Shown: positions 25,394 to 38,380 of the stretch, in pieces
Numbering within the stretch: position 1 is the first letter of the stretch
Layout of the letters: every line of letters starts with the position of its first letter
Assembly (NCBI GenBank): GCA_036785375.1
Contig: JAWMAR010000471.1
Span: forward strand, 1,054,001 to 1,117,815
Direction of reading: 5' to 3'
DNA: 63,815 bases
DNA from: Leucoraja ocellata
Lineage: Eukaryota
Position numbers and translations under genes: made by a program
The notes under the pieces: generated by a model
The model's database searches: none
The model's input: the letters and a program-made list of their open reading frames with translations, nothing else
Told to the model about the DNA's origin: nothing

Positions 25394-25490
25394 TGTTCGT
25401 GTACTGCGAGCATCGAGAGACGGGGCACTGTGGATTCATGGAGCACTTACTATCAGGAAGGGACGGGGACTACGGTGACTGTCACAGCCG
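25394..25490 (+). other. J segment (25433-25490, DSWSTYYQEGTGTTVTVTA) with 23-RSS, cassette 2
   Basis: TGTTCGTGT-23-CACTGTG (degenerate nonamer); donor GTAAGT at 25491. Confidence 0.88.
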
Positions 25491-28400
25491 GTAAGTACCC
25501 TAAACCTCTCTTATCCACGGTTGTTCTTGGAAATATTCAGTTCCCTTTAACATTGGATCACGATGCTTTCCAATTGAAACAGATTCCATTTAACATTGGA
25601 TCACGAGATCAATTGCTTTCCAATTGAAACAGATTCTAGTGCCAGTAACTTGGCCTAGATGTTACGGTACACGTGAGTCCAATGAGAGGATATGCCGGGC
25701 TCCCCGGGAGCACAACGTGAATCAGGTTGAAGAATAGCTACTTCCCCAAAACCATCAGGATCGGGAACACCATACCGCGCTAACCACAGCTATGAAATTC
25801 TATGCAGACACAAGTAAATGCGGACGCTGACATCGGATTCTGAAGTCTAGATTTCAAATGTCGGCTATCAATGTTCTCCTGAAATGCTGCCTGACCCACG
25901 GAGTTATTCCTACCACACCCGCTGTGAGCGAAAGCCTGTGAAACAAACTATTTATTACTCCAGGAAACAGAGGGAGGTTGGCGGGAGAGTAGATGGGCTG
26001 TGAGTGAATCTGAACCATCTGAAAACATTCCACTAACTGAAATCATGTGACAGCTGGCAGACCTGTTGAAACGGTTCTCTGGAGGGGGGAAATATGAACG
26101 GCAAGCAGCAAAAAGCGGGCATTCTAGATTAAAAACCAAAATCGTTCTTCAATTAAATGAAAGTAAAATGTAGAAGGACGTGGCCCAGTGAACGAAAAAA
26201 AACACAACTCTTGATACATAAAGGGCAAAGCATTTATCCCGGGTTGTGTAAATTCCACTTAAAAGATGACCTTCCAGTTGTTAAACACAGAAGGCTGTGG
26301 AGGCCAAGTCAGGGGGAAAATAATGCAGCGATATATAGCCTTTTGATTAGTCGAGGCGTCGGAGGTTTTGACATTGCGGAGAAGGCAGGAGAATGGGGTT
26401 CGGAGGGTGACATAGTTCAGCCATTATTGAATGGCTGAGTGGGCCTGATGGGTCGAATGGCCTAATTACGCCGTTGAAACTTGACTATATCCAGGAAGGG
26501 ATACACTTCAGTCAAGCTGTGGGGAGAATGACTAGTTCTATTGTTTTAACGCCAATAACCAATTACAAAATGCTAGAGAACCGAGTAAGATAATTTGTCT
26601 CAATCACCGGATCCCGACTCACTGAATCAGTTCCACTATAATTCCGTGCTCGCTTTGACTGTTCCCACAGCCTGGAATATTTCCAATTTCACTTTCATAA
26701 CCAGAGTTTGACCTCGCGTATATTCGTCAGTGATTTTCTCCACGGTGGCACAACGGTAACTGTAAAAGTGCTGCCTAACAGCGCGTTTAGCACTAGAGAC
26801 CCGAGTCCGATCCAGACTCCGGGTGTTGGCTGCACAGAGTTTGTATGTTCTCCCCATAATCTGTGTGGGTTTTCTCCGAGATAGAAACATAGAAACATAG
26901 AAAATATGTGCAAGAGTAGGCTATTCGGCCCTTCGAGCCTGCACCGCCATTCAATATGATCATGGCTGATCATCCAACTCAGTATCCTGTACCTGCCTTC
27001 TCTCCATACCCCCTGATCCCTTTAGCCACAAGGGCCACATCTAACTCCCTCTTAAATATAGCCAATGAACTGGTCTCAACTACCTTCTGCGGGAGAGAAT
27101 TCCACAGATTCACCACTCTCTGTGTGAAAAAAGTTTTCCTCATCTCTGTCCTAAAAGATTTCCCCTTTATCATCAAACTGTGACCCCTTGTTCTGGACTT
27201 CTCCAACATCGGGAACAATCTTCATGCATCTAGCCTGTCCAACCCCTTAAGAATTTTGTAAGTTTCTATAAGATCCCCCCTCAATCTTCTAATTTCTAGC
27301 GAGTACAAACCGAGTTTTCCCTCTGAGAGGAGGGAAGATGCAAACAAGGGGACATGACTTGAGAATTAAGGGACAGAAGTTTAGGGGTAACATGAGGGGG
27401 AACTTCTTTACTCAGAGAGTGGTGGCTGTGTGGAATGAGCTTCCAGCGAAGGTGGTGGAGGCAGGTTCGTTTTTATCATTTAAAAATAAATTGGACAGTT
27501 ATATGGACGAGCAAGGAATGGAGTGTTATGGTCTGAGCGCAGGTATATGGTAGTAGGGGAGAATACGTGTTCGGCACGGACTAGAAGGGTCGAGATGGCC
27601 TGTTTCCGTGCTGTAATTGTTATATGGTTATATGTTATATGGTTATATGACTCTATCCAGTCTTTCTTCATATGAAAGTCCTTACATCCCAGGAATCAGT
27701 CTGATGAACGTTCTTTGTACTCCCTCTATGGCAAGAATGTCTTTCCTCAGAGTAGGAGACCAAAACTGTACGCAATACGCCAGGTGTGGTCTCACCAAGA
27801 CACTGTACAACTGCAGTGGAACCTCCCTGCTCCTATAATCTGGGGTTTCTTCCGGCACTCCAAATACGGACAGTGCTGAAGGGTTATTGGCGCTCTATAA
27901 ATGTAAATATTCCACCGTGTGTGTAGGATAGTGTTAATGTGCGGGGATTGCAGGGCGGCGCGGACTTGGTGGGCCGAAGGGCCCGTTTCCGCGCTGTGTC
28001 CCTAAACTAAACTAAACTGAACTAAACTGAACTGAACTGAACTGAACTCCTTGAAAGAGGAATCGCATATAGATAGGGTGGTAAAGCAAGCTTTTGGTAT
28101 GCTACCCTTTATAAATCAGAGCATTGAGTATAGAAGCTGGGATGTAATGTTAAAATTGTACAAGGGATTGGTGAGACCAAATCTGGAGTATGGTGTACAA
28201 TTTTTCGTCGCCCAATTACAGGAAGGATGTCAACAAAATAGAGAGAGTACAGAGGAGATTTACTAGAATGGTGCCTAGGTTTCAACAACTAAGTTACTGA
28301 GATAGGTTGAATAAGTTAGGTCTTTATTCTCTGGAGCGCAGAAGGTTAAGGGGGGACTTGATAGAGGTCTTTAAAATGATGAGAGGGATAGACAGAGTTG

Positions 28401-29619
28401 ATGTGGACAAGCTTTTCCCTTTGAGAATAGGGAAGATTCAAACAAGAGGACATGACTTCAGAATTAAGGGACAGAAGTTTAGGGGTAACATGAGGGGGAA
28501 CTTCTTTACTCAGAGAGTGGTAAGTGGAATGAGCTTCCAGTGGAAGTGGTGGCGGCATGTTCGTTGGTATAATGTGGATAAGTGTGAGGTTATGTATTCT
28601 GGTGGCAAAAACAGCAAAGCAGACTATTATCTAAATGGTGGCCGACTAGGAAAAGGGGAGATGCAGCGAGACCTGGGTGTCATGGTACACCAGTCATTGA
28701 AAGTAGGCATGCAGGTGCAGCAGGCAGTGAAGAAATCGAATGGTATGTTAGCTTTCATTGCAAAAGGATTCGAGTATAGGAGCAGGGAGGTTCTACTGCA
28801 GTTGTACAGGGTCTTGGCGAGACCACACCTGGAGTATTGCGTACAGTTTTGGTCTCCAAATCTGAGGAAGGACATTATTGCCATAGAGGGAGTGCAGAGA
28901 AGGTTCACCAGACTGATAACACCAGACAAGGGGTCACAGCTTAAGGATAAGGGGGAAATCCTTTAAAACTGAGATGAGAATAACTTTTTTCACACAGAGA
29001 GTGGTGAATCTCTGGAACTCTCTGCCACGGAGGGTAGTCGAGGCCAGTTCATTGGCTATATATAAGAGGGAGTTAGATGTGACCCTTGTGGCTAAGGGGA
29101 TCAGAGGGTATGGAGAGAAGGCAGGTAAGGGATACTGAGTTGGATGATCAGCCATGATCATATTGAATGGCGGTGCAGGCTCGAAGGGCCGAATGGCCTG
29201 TACTCCTGCACCTAATTTCTATGTTTCTATGTATCATTTAAAAATACATTGGATAGGCATATGGATGAGAAGAGAATGGAGGGTTATGGTATGATTGCAG
29301 GCAGGTGGGACTAAGGGAAAAAAAGTTGTTCGGCACGGACTTGTAGGGCCGAGATGGCCTGTTTCCGTGCTGTAATTGTTATATAGTTATATGGTTATAT
29401 GGTAATGTAAACTAAACCAAACTATACTAAAGAAAACTAACCTAAACGAAATTAAATCTCCACTCGTCGAGGGAACAATTCAAGGATCCATAAATAACGT
29501 CTCCATACGTTTTGCAAAAATGTGATGAACTTCCGGAGACGGTAACTAGTTTCTGTGGGTGTCACAGTCTCCAACAGTCAATGTTAAAACAATAACTATT
29601 CCCCTGTTATTTTCCGCAG

Positions 29620-29925
29620 ATTCCATTTCCGCGGGTTCCCAGAGTCCGCCTCAACAATCCTCTCTTTCTGGTGACACCGCCACCTTTAACTGCGTATATT
29701 CCGGATTCTGCTCGTACACAATACACTGGTACCGACAGTTCCCAGGGCAGGCTCTGGAATTCCTGCTCCAAAGACACACTTCAGGAAAGCAAGACGAGGA
29801 AGAGGCTGCCGAAGGTCATATTTCTGGTTCTGTCGATCCTGCCCAGAAAATCAGTCAGTTAACGCTCTCTGAAGTACTGCCGAGCGACGAGGCTGTGTAT
29901 TACTGTGGGATGTGTCCGCGCATCG
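29620..29925 (+). CDS. Leaderless supporting TCR-delta-type V, cassette 2, intact
   Basis: Phase-1 acceptor in frame with the J donor. DSISAGSQSP...FNCVYSGFCSYTIHWYRQFPGQALEFLL...DEAVYYCGMCPRI, with an extra Cys in CDR1. No leader exon recognised in the J-V intron. Confidence 0.88.
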
Positions 29926-29964
29926 CACAGTGGCACAACGCAGTGAGATAGCTGTACCAAAACC
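29926..29964 (+). other. 23-RSS of supporting V, cassette 2
   Basis: CACAGTG-23-ACCAAAACC. Confidence 0.92.
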
Positions 29965-30149
29965 TCAGCGTTGCGGAATACAGGCACACAGCACTGCAGA
30001 ACATCTGGGGGCGCTAACCGAGAACCTCAGTGTAGCATGGATTGTTTACACGTTGCCACGGAAGGAGGGAAAGACAAAATTATAATGATAAATTATGTTG
30101 AGACTTACAGAAACACAATTAGTCTGGGAAGAGAGCGAGAGTAAGGGAG

Positions 30150-30150
30150 G

Positions 30151-30235
<85 letters not shown>
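30150..30235 (+). repeat. (GA)n microsatellite
   Basis: Directly visible. Confidence 0.95.
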
Positions 30236-30237
<2 letters not shown>

Positions 30238-31310
30238 TCCCGGTGGCGGGCATCAGTCGACCCGCCCTAAGGGGCTTGCCTGTTTTCTACCGGGATGTGT
30301 TAAGAGTGAGGAATCTGGTTGTTTTCAGCCAGCGTGTTGCTCCACGAGGGGAGGGGGATGTTGCGGCTGCGGGAGTGGCCGGTCCTCAACAAATCATGGC
30401 GGGTGTCGAGGAGAGGCGTGCGCCTAGAGTGGTTTTAAATGAGCTCTTACCCGCTCCGTCAGATCTGCTCATTGGGCCTCGGTTCCGGGATATATCTCGG
30501 GCACCGGTTCCACACAACCTGAGCCGCCTTTCGGAGATGATTAGCGTGCCGTTTCGTGATGCGAAGAGACGCTCACTGTATAGAATGTTCCTGCACATTC
30601 TGCACCTCCTTGCCTTCGTCTCCCGTCCCGACACACCATGGCGGACGGTGTTACCACCTGAAGGCGGGGAAAGTCCCCAGTGGGGGTCCCTCTACAAGGG
30701 AGTTGTCCCCCTTTACGTGGGGGACCTGGGGTGGAGAGTGCTGCACAGAGCGGTGGCGTGTAATAAACTTTTGAGTCGGTTCACGGACTCGTCCGCTGCC
30801 TGTATTTTTTGTGGCGAGGAAGAGACCGTGTTCCACATTTATATGGAGTGTGAGAGGCTACTGCCCCTGTATCAATATCTGAAGGGGTTGTTCCTAAAGT
30901 TCTGGTTACATTTTAGTCCTACGATTCTTGTGTTTGGACACAAGGCAGGGTGTGGGGAGAGCCAAGTGGGAGGGTGGGACCTACCTGTCGGTCTACTCCT
31001 GGGCCTGGCCAAGATGGCCTTACGCGGGTCCAGGCAGCAGGCGATGGATGGTAAGGCAAGAGTCGGCTGCTTGCCCCTCTTTCGGGCCTACGTCCGTGCA
31101 CGTGTGTCCCTGAAGAGGGAACATGCGGTGCTCACGGGGACTTTGGAGGTATTCCGTGGGCGCTGGTCACCGCGTGGGGTTGAGAGTATTGTGAATAATG
31201 ATTGTAACGTTGTACTATAATGACACGATATATTGTAAGTTCGTTTTGTGTATGACTTGATCTGTTGTATTATTTGATGTGTTGAATAAAGTCTTTGAAA
31301 AAGAAAAAGA
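30236..31310 (+). mobile_element. 5'-truncated Tx1-clade LINE inserted in a (GA)n microsatellite
   Basis: ORF 30243-31220 with DLGWRVLH...CIFCGEEETVFHIYMEC zinc knuckle; AATAAA and A-rich tail; (GA)n on both sides. Confidence 0.8.
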
Positions 31311-34300
31311 GAGAGAGAGAGATAATCTCCCGCTTCCCTGAACGGAAATCGAATTCGTACCCCTGGAGCATGAGGGTAACTGGCTTAATTATTGTGCCTT
31401 AATCTACGTAACTCATCCTGGCCATGGAAGGGGATGGAGAAGGGGAGAGAGAACTGGAGATAGAAGGGGAGTGGTTAGGGGTAGAGAAGGGGAAAGGAGT
31501 GGAGACAGTTTTAAATTTAACGAGACCTAGTGCAGACCCGTTGGTTCTGGTCCCCGAACGTCCCCAATAAGTGGGTTTCCTGGTTTCCTAAGTGGTGCAG
31601 GGGCTTTAGCATTCATAGCAAAAGGATTTGAATATAGGAGCAGGATAGTTCGACTGCAGTTATACACGGTCTTGATGAGACCACAGCTGGATTATTGCGT
31701 AGAGTTTTGGTCTCCAAATCTGAGGAAAGACATTCTTGCCATGGAGGGAGCACAGAGCAGGTTCACCAGACTGATTCCTGGGATGTCAGGACTTTCATAT
31801 GAAGAAAGACTGGATAGACTCGGAGTGTACTCGCTAGAATTTAGAAGATTGAGGGGGGATCTTATAGAAACTTACAAAATTGGTAAGGGGTTAGACAGGC
31901 TAGATGCAGGAAGATTATTCCCGATATTGTGGAAGTCCAGAACAAGGGGTCACAGTTTAAGGATATGGGGGAAATCTTTTAGGACCGAGATGAGAAAAAA
32001 GTTTTTCACAGAATAAGTGTTGAATCTTTGTAATTCCCTGCCACAGAAGGTAGTTGAGGCCATTTCCTTGGCTATATTTAAGAGGGAGTTAGATGTAGCC
32101 TTATGGCTAAAGGGATGGAGAGAAGGCAGGAACAGGATACCGAGTTGAATGATCAGTCATGATCATATTGAATGGCGGTGCAGGCTCTAATGGCCGAATG
32201 GCCTACTAGTGCACATATTTTCTATGTTTCTATGTTTCTCTGAGAGACATAAGCTCCGGAGATATACATGCGATCGACACGGGAACCACCCCCTCAGACC
32301 TGCGCAAGAAAGCGTTGGAATCAGCGTGGAGCTGAAAGAAAAACATTAAAGATTCATACAAGAAATTTTCACTTTTATTTAGCTGGATAGAAACTTCCCA
32401 ATTTGTTTCACGAGAGATCAGCAAATTTTAAAAAATCCCACGTAGTAAGGCTTTGTAGATTTAATCGGGAGAATCGTCAATATTGTTATGGGGCATACAA
32501 TATATTTTCAATGGAGACAACAGCGGAGAAGGTAAGATTTTAGCAACTGAATTCAAGCCATTTGGCCTAAGGAGCCTGCTGCATTCAAAGAAACACACGA
32601 GTAGTAAAAATGGACAATGGTCTTCGTTACGATTATCCCTACTAAATGGCGAGAAATATGGTTCAAAATTTTCCCTACCACACAGAATAATTCCGCTCAC
32701 ATTTACATGTCACGGAATGCGCGAATAAACATGTCCCCGTGAGGGGATGCTGCATGATAATGTTGGCAAAGTTGACATATGGACACCTGCAGGAGTGTAT
32801 TATCCTTTAATATATTAGACATTGGTTTGTGAACGACAGAGTGCACGAGCGATGTTTATTTTGTTTTATTTTAGAACAAGATAACGCCATTTTAATTCAT
32901 AAATGGCAGAAAATTTTTATTTTCTTCACAGTTTGCGAGGGAAGAGGAGAAATAGGTAGATACAAAGTTAACCCCCCACCAGCCCCAATTTTGTAGTATC
33001 AGGGGAACATTATGCGGCTTGCCGCCTCTTGAGTGCAAATGAACAGCAGGCAGTATCTCTACAGGAAAAGGATAGATGACGTTTCTGGTCAGGATCCTTC
33101 TTCCGTCTGAAAGTAGGGCGAGGCCACTGGATGCAAGAGTAGGCCAGAACGAGGCAGGGAAGGCAACGCATGACTAGGAAATGAAGGAGCCCATAATGGC
33201 CCATCGTTGGCTGTGGAATAAGTGGTCACACACAACTACAAAGATGCGAGCAGTACAACTAGTGTGATGACTATATTGGGGGTGAGGGTGAGAGAAAGGG
33301 AGTCAAGTGACCTACGAGATAATGCTCCTTCATTTTGTGCGTGGCCTCGCTCTAGCAGTTGAGGAGTACAACGACAGAATGGTTTATATGGGAATGGGTA
33401 GAGGTGTTAAAATGTTTGCCCACCGGGGAACGTAAAGGCCAATGTGGAAATTGATTTATTACCGTACATGGGAGCCACAGAGTCACAGAGTCACAGAGTG
33501 ATACAGTGTGGTATCAGGACCTTCGGCCCAACTCGCCCACACCGGCCAACAATATCCCAGACACACCAGTCGCACTTGCATGCGCTTGGTCCATATCCCT
33601 CCAAATCTCTCCTATCCAAGTAACTTTCTAACTGCTGCTTAAACGACGGGATAGTCCCAGGCACAACTACCTCTTGTCGCAGCTTGTTCCGTACACCCAC
33701 CATCCTTCGTATGAAAATGTTTCCCCACCGAATCCTCTTAAATATGTTTCCCTTCTCCTTGATCCAATGTCCTCTGGTAGTAGATTCACTGGGCAAACGA
33801 CTCTGTGCATCTAACCGATATATTCATCTCACGATTTTGTATTTCTGGCACTCCTCACCTATAGCTCTACATTGGATAGAAGTTTTCCGTATACAGAAGG
33901 TATTTTAATCACGGTACCTGTATGAAACTTTGCACAATCCACATCATCCGCTGCTAAAACAGCAGATTCTCTTGAAACCGAAAACCTCGTCAATGAGCAA
34001 TTTTTAACGTTTTTTTAATGATAAAAGGAATTCATCAAACAACACGTTGCACCTATTCAACTGAAAATATTCACTCGTTTTGAAAACAATATGTTCCAGG
34101 CTTATGTATACATATTCGTGAACACACAGAAGTTGGATGATTGAACGGGGCACATGGGAATACGTACACGAGTTGAGACTCAATTGAGCCCATGAACCCC
34201 CGAAGCCGTTGGGCGCGTCCGACAGGGCGAATGGACATAAAATGCTGTATTTCCATATTTTATTTTTATTTTTTATTTAACCTTTATGTAACCAGGAGAA

Positions 34301-34444
34301 GTCTCATTGAGATTAAAAATCTCTTTTACAAGAGAGTCCTGGCCAAGACAGACAGCAGCACAGTTCCACAGTTCCACAGTTCCACATATAAACCATACAG
34401 CAAAGCAACGCATGAAGACCAGCTGGTCACTCGTGTGTGTTATA

Positions 34445-35700
34445 TTATTTTAACTCACACTTTACCGATTTAAATATCTTTCCAGTGCAAATGATCGGAT
34501 ATTTTAGAACACGAAACAGCTCCTCTCTGAACTTGCTCTGGGTCACGGTGTAAATGGCCGTGTTGGTGCAAGAGCTCAGCAGCTGAAGCATAAATCCAAC
34601 CCTTTCCAATCCACCCAAGGGGTTTCCCCAGGCCTTGTGCATAAACACATTCAAACATCGAACCGCAATAAAGTGTGCAACACTTGTGGCCCAGAGCAGT
34701 ATGAAGCAGCTCGAGATTGCCAGAAGTAAAACGACCGACCGTCTGCGGTTCACCATCTCCTGGTCTTTCTTTTTCTCGCCACCGCTGAGGTCCCGGAGGT
34801 TCCTGCGGACCCGACTGGCCACGAAAATACGTCTGACGGTGAGCGCGTTAAACAACAAAATCAGGCAGAATGGAATCACCGGGGTGAACAACTGTTCGGC
34901 CCAAGAGAACACTATCCATTCGGGATCAACGAAGAAATATATGAATTTCAGGCAGCCCACTTCTCCAGCGGCACCGTAAAAAGAAGTGTATGCAAAGGGC
35001 AAGGGTAGATTTTTGAGGCAGATGAGCGGGCTCACGGTCAGGATAACAATCGTCGCGGTTCTCTCGGTACAATATTTGGTTTTCATTCTCTGAGTAGAAA
35101 TCGCAACAAAGCGATCAAAGGTGAAAGCGACTGTGAACCACACAGAACAATTCACAGAGACTGATGCCAGGTAGATTGTCATTTTACACACAGGAGTGTA
35201 GGGCACGGAGGCATGCCACCAATACATATCAGCAATCCGGTGAAATATCACCTCACAGAGAATCACGGAGAGGTCCGCGGTCGCCATGGCTACCATGTAA
35301 CGAGTGATGCACTTGGAGAGGCCGCACTTGCCACGGGACAGGATCAAAATCGCCATCAGATTCACTGAGAAAGAATGAAACGAGAAACAGATTAATTATG
35401 AGGTGTACAGGTTGGTGGATGGGAGCAGACGGAGAAAACCGAAGATTTCGGGGAAACCCAAAAGGATACGGGGAGCAGTACATCTCCGTACAGCCAAGCG
35501 CTGTAAGACAGTTACTCTAGCGCTGTACCAGCGTGCCGCCCGAACCCCCGCTGGGCTACTCGCTATGTCCTCTTAACCTTTAATATTCAGGGCTTTTCAA
35601 ACATGAGATGCGCCGACAATTACCTACCAGGTATACCGATTGCTGCCAGAATCGGATAATACACACGTCCAAATTTTACCTCGATCGGAATACCGTGCAT
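34445..35700 (-). CDS. Two-exon class A orphan GPCR paralog 2, about 330 aa (exon 1 35700-35628, exon 2 35364-34445)
   Basis: Exon 1 MHGIPIEVKFGRVYYPILAAIGIP; same splice sites and motifs as paralog 1; open frame; 263-nt intron. Confidence 0.88.
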
Positions 35701-38380
35701 TTTAATACGGGGATCCAGCCGATCACTCCTTGTGCTGCAGCTCAGCGGTTGTCAGCCAAGCAAACAAATATCTGCCATATTTATAATGTAAATGAAGGGA
35801 AAAACAGGCAACGAGATTACATCCCTGTGGACATTACTTACACACTTTTGAACAAACATCTACGGTTTTGCATGTAATACTCAAAATCACCTTGTTCTTA
35901 AACTGTGCCCCCCCCCCCCCCCCCCCCCGGCTCTGCACTCCCCAACATCGGGAACATGGTTCGCGATTCTAGCGTGTCCAAACCCTTAATAATCTGAAGA
36001 AGGCTTTCGGCCCGAAACGTTGCCTATTTCCTTCGCTCCATAGATGCTGCTGCACCCGCTGAGTTTCTCCAGCTTTTTTTGTGTAACCCTTGATAATCAT
36101 ATATGTTTAAATACGATCCCCTCTCATTCTTCTAAATTCCAGAGTATACAAGATCAGCCGCTCCATTCTCTCAGCATGTAACAGCCACACCATCCCGGGA
36201 ATTAACCTTGTGAACCTACGCTGCATTCCCTCAGTAGCAAGAATATTGGACCGGCTAGATGCAGGACAATGTTCCGGATATTGAGAGAGTCCAGAAACAG
36301 AGGTCCCAGTTTAAGAATAAGCGGTAGGCCATTTAGAAACATAGAAACAGAAAATTCGATGCTCGAGTAGGCCATTCTGTCCTTCGAGCCAGAACCGCCA
36401 TTCAATGTCGTCATGGCTGAACATCTAAAATCAGTACCTCGTTCCTGTTTGTACCCCATATCCCTTGATTCCTTTAGTCCCAAGAGCTAAATCTAACGTT
36501 CTCTTGCAACGTCCGGTGAAAATTCATCCACTCTATTCTGTGCCTGAGAATTCCACAGATTTACAACTCTCTGGGTGAAAGAGACGTGCCCTCATCTCAG
36601 TCCTAAATGGCCTATCCGTATTCTTAAACATTGAACCCTTATTCTCGACTCCACCAACATCGAGAACATGTTTCCTGCATATTGCCTTGCCAACCCTTTA
36701 AGAATTGTATATGTTTCTTTAACATACCCTCTCATCCTTCCAAATGCCAGTGAATACAAGCACACTCAACCCATTCTTTCATCATATGGCAGTTCCGCCA
36801 TCGCGGGAATTAACCTGGAGAACCGATGTTGCACTTCCTCAATAGAAATCATGTCCTTCCACAAATTAGGAGGCCAAAATCATTGACAAATGCGGCCTCA
36901 CAAGGGCCCAAAACAACTTAGGACTGAGATGGGGAAAATCTGTTTCTCCCAGAGAGTTGTAAATCTGTGGAATGTTCTACCACAGAAGGCCGTGGAGTCC
37001 AATTCACTGGAATATTTCACAAGAGAGTTAGATTTAGCTCTTCGGGCTAAACGAAACAAGGGATATGGGGAGAAAGCAGGAACGGGGTACTGATTTTAAA
37101 TAGAAACATCGAAACATAGAAATATAGGTGCAGGGAGAGACTATAAGGCCCTTCCAGTCAGCACCGCCACGATCATAGCTGCTCATCCACAAACAAATAC
37201 CCGTGCCTTTCTTCTCCCCATGCCCCTGCATCCCGCTAGCCCCAAGACCTCTAGCTGTCTTTTAATTTCATCCAGTGAATTGGCCTCCATTGTCTTCTGT
37301 GGCAGAGATTTCCACAAATTGACAACTCTCTTGGTGAAAGAGATAATTCTCATCTCAGTTTTAAATGTCCTCCCCTTTCTTCCAGGACTTTGGCCCCTGG
37401 TCTGTGCTCCCCCAGCATTGGGAACATTTTTCCTGCATCTAGCTTGTCCAGTACTTTTATAATTGTATATGTTTCTATAAGATCGCCCCCTCATCCTGCT
37501 GAATTCGAATGAATACATGCCCAGTCTTTCTCATATTCCTCAAATGACAGACCTGCCATACCTGGGATTAACCTTGTAAACTCCCTCAATAGCAAGGAAG
37601 TCCTTCCCCTAATTAGGAGACATAAACTGCACACAATATTCAACATGTTGTCTCACCAGTGCCGTGTACAACTGCAGAAGGACCTCCTTACTCGTGTACT
37701 CAAATCCACTCATTATGAAGGCCAACATACCATTACATTTCTTTACTACCTGCCGTAGGACACGCAGGTCACGTTCCACTTCCCATTTTCCCCAATTGAA
37801 ACCATTGAGATAATAATCTACCTCGATGTTCTTGTCGTCAAAGTGGATAATCTCGCATTTACCTGCATTATGCAGCATCTGCCATGTTTCTGCCCACTCA
37901 CTCAACCTATCCAAGTCTCCCTGCAACCACCTGGCATCCTTTCCGCAGTTCAAACTATCACCCAGCTTTGTGTCATCTGCAAATTTGCTCGTGTTACTTT
38001 TAATTCCATAATCTAAATCACTAATATATATTGTCAATAGTTACGGCCCCTGCACCGAGCCTAGCGGCACTCCACTCGCCACTGCCTGCCATTCTAACAG
38101 GGACCTTCTTGTTCCATTTTACTTGTCACATTCTCAAACATTCCAGATCGGAGTCAAGCAGGATTTCCCTTCCATAACTCCATGCTGACTTGGACTAATC
38201 ATTTTACCGCTATCCAAATGCGCCGTTGTTACTTTAAAAACTGACTCTGGCATCTTCCCCAGTTCCGATATCAGGCTAACTGGTCTCTAATTTCCCGTTT
38301 TCTCTCTCCCTCCTTTCTTGAAAAGTGGGGTAACATTAGCTCCCCTCCAATCCACAGGAACTGATCCTGAAGCTATAGAA

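Larger units (their letters stand above)
19267..30110 (+). repeat. Segmental duplicate of 1-10061; third copy at about 56800-63815
   Basis: Colinear, highly similar sequence including shared TE nests. Confidence 0.92.
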
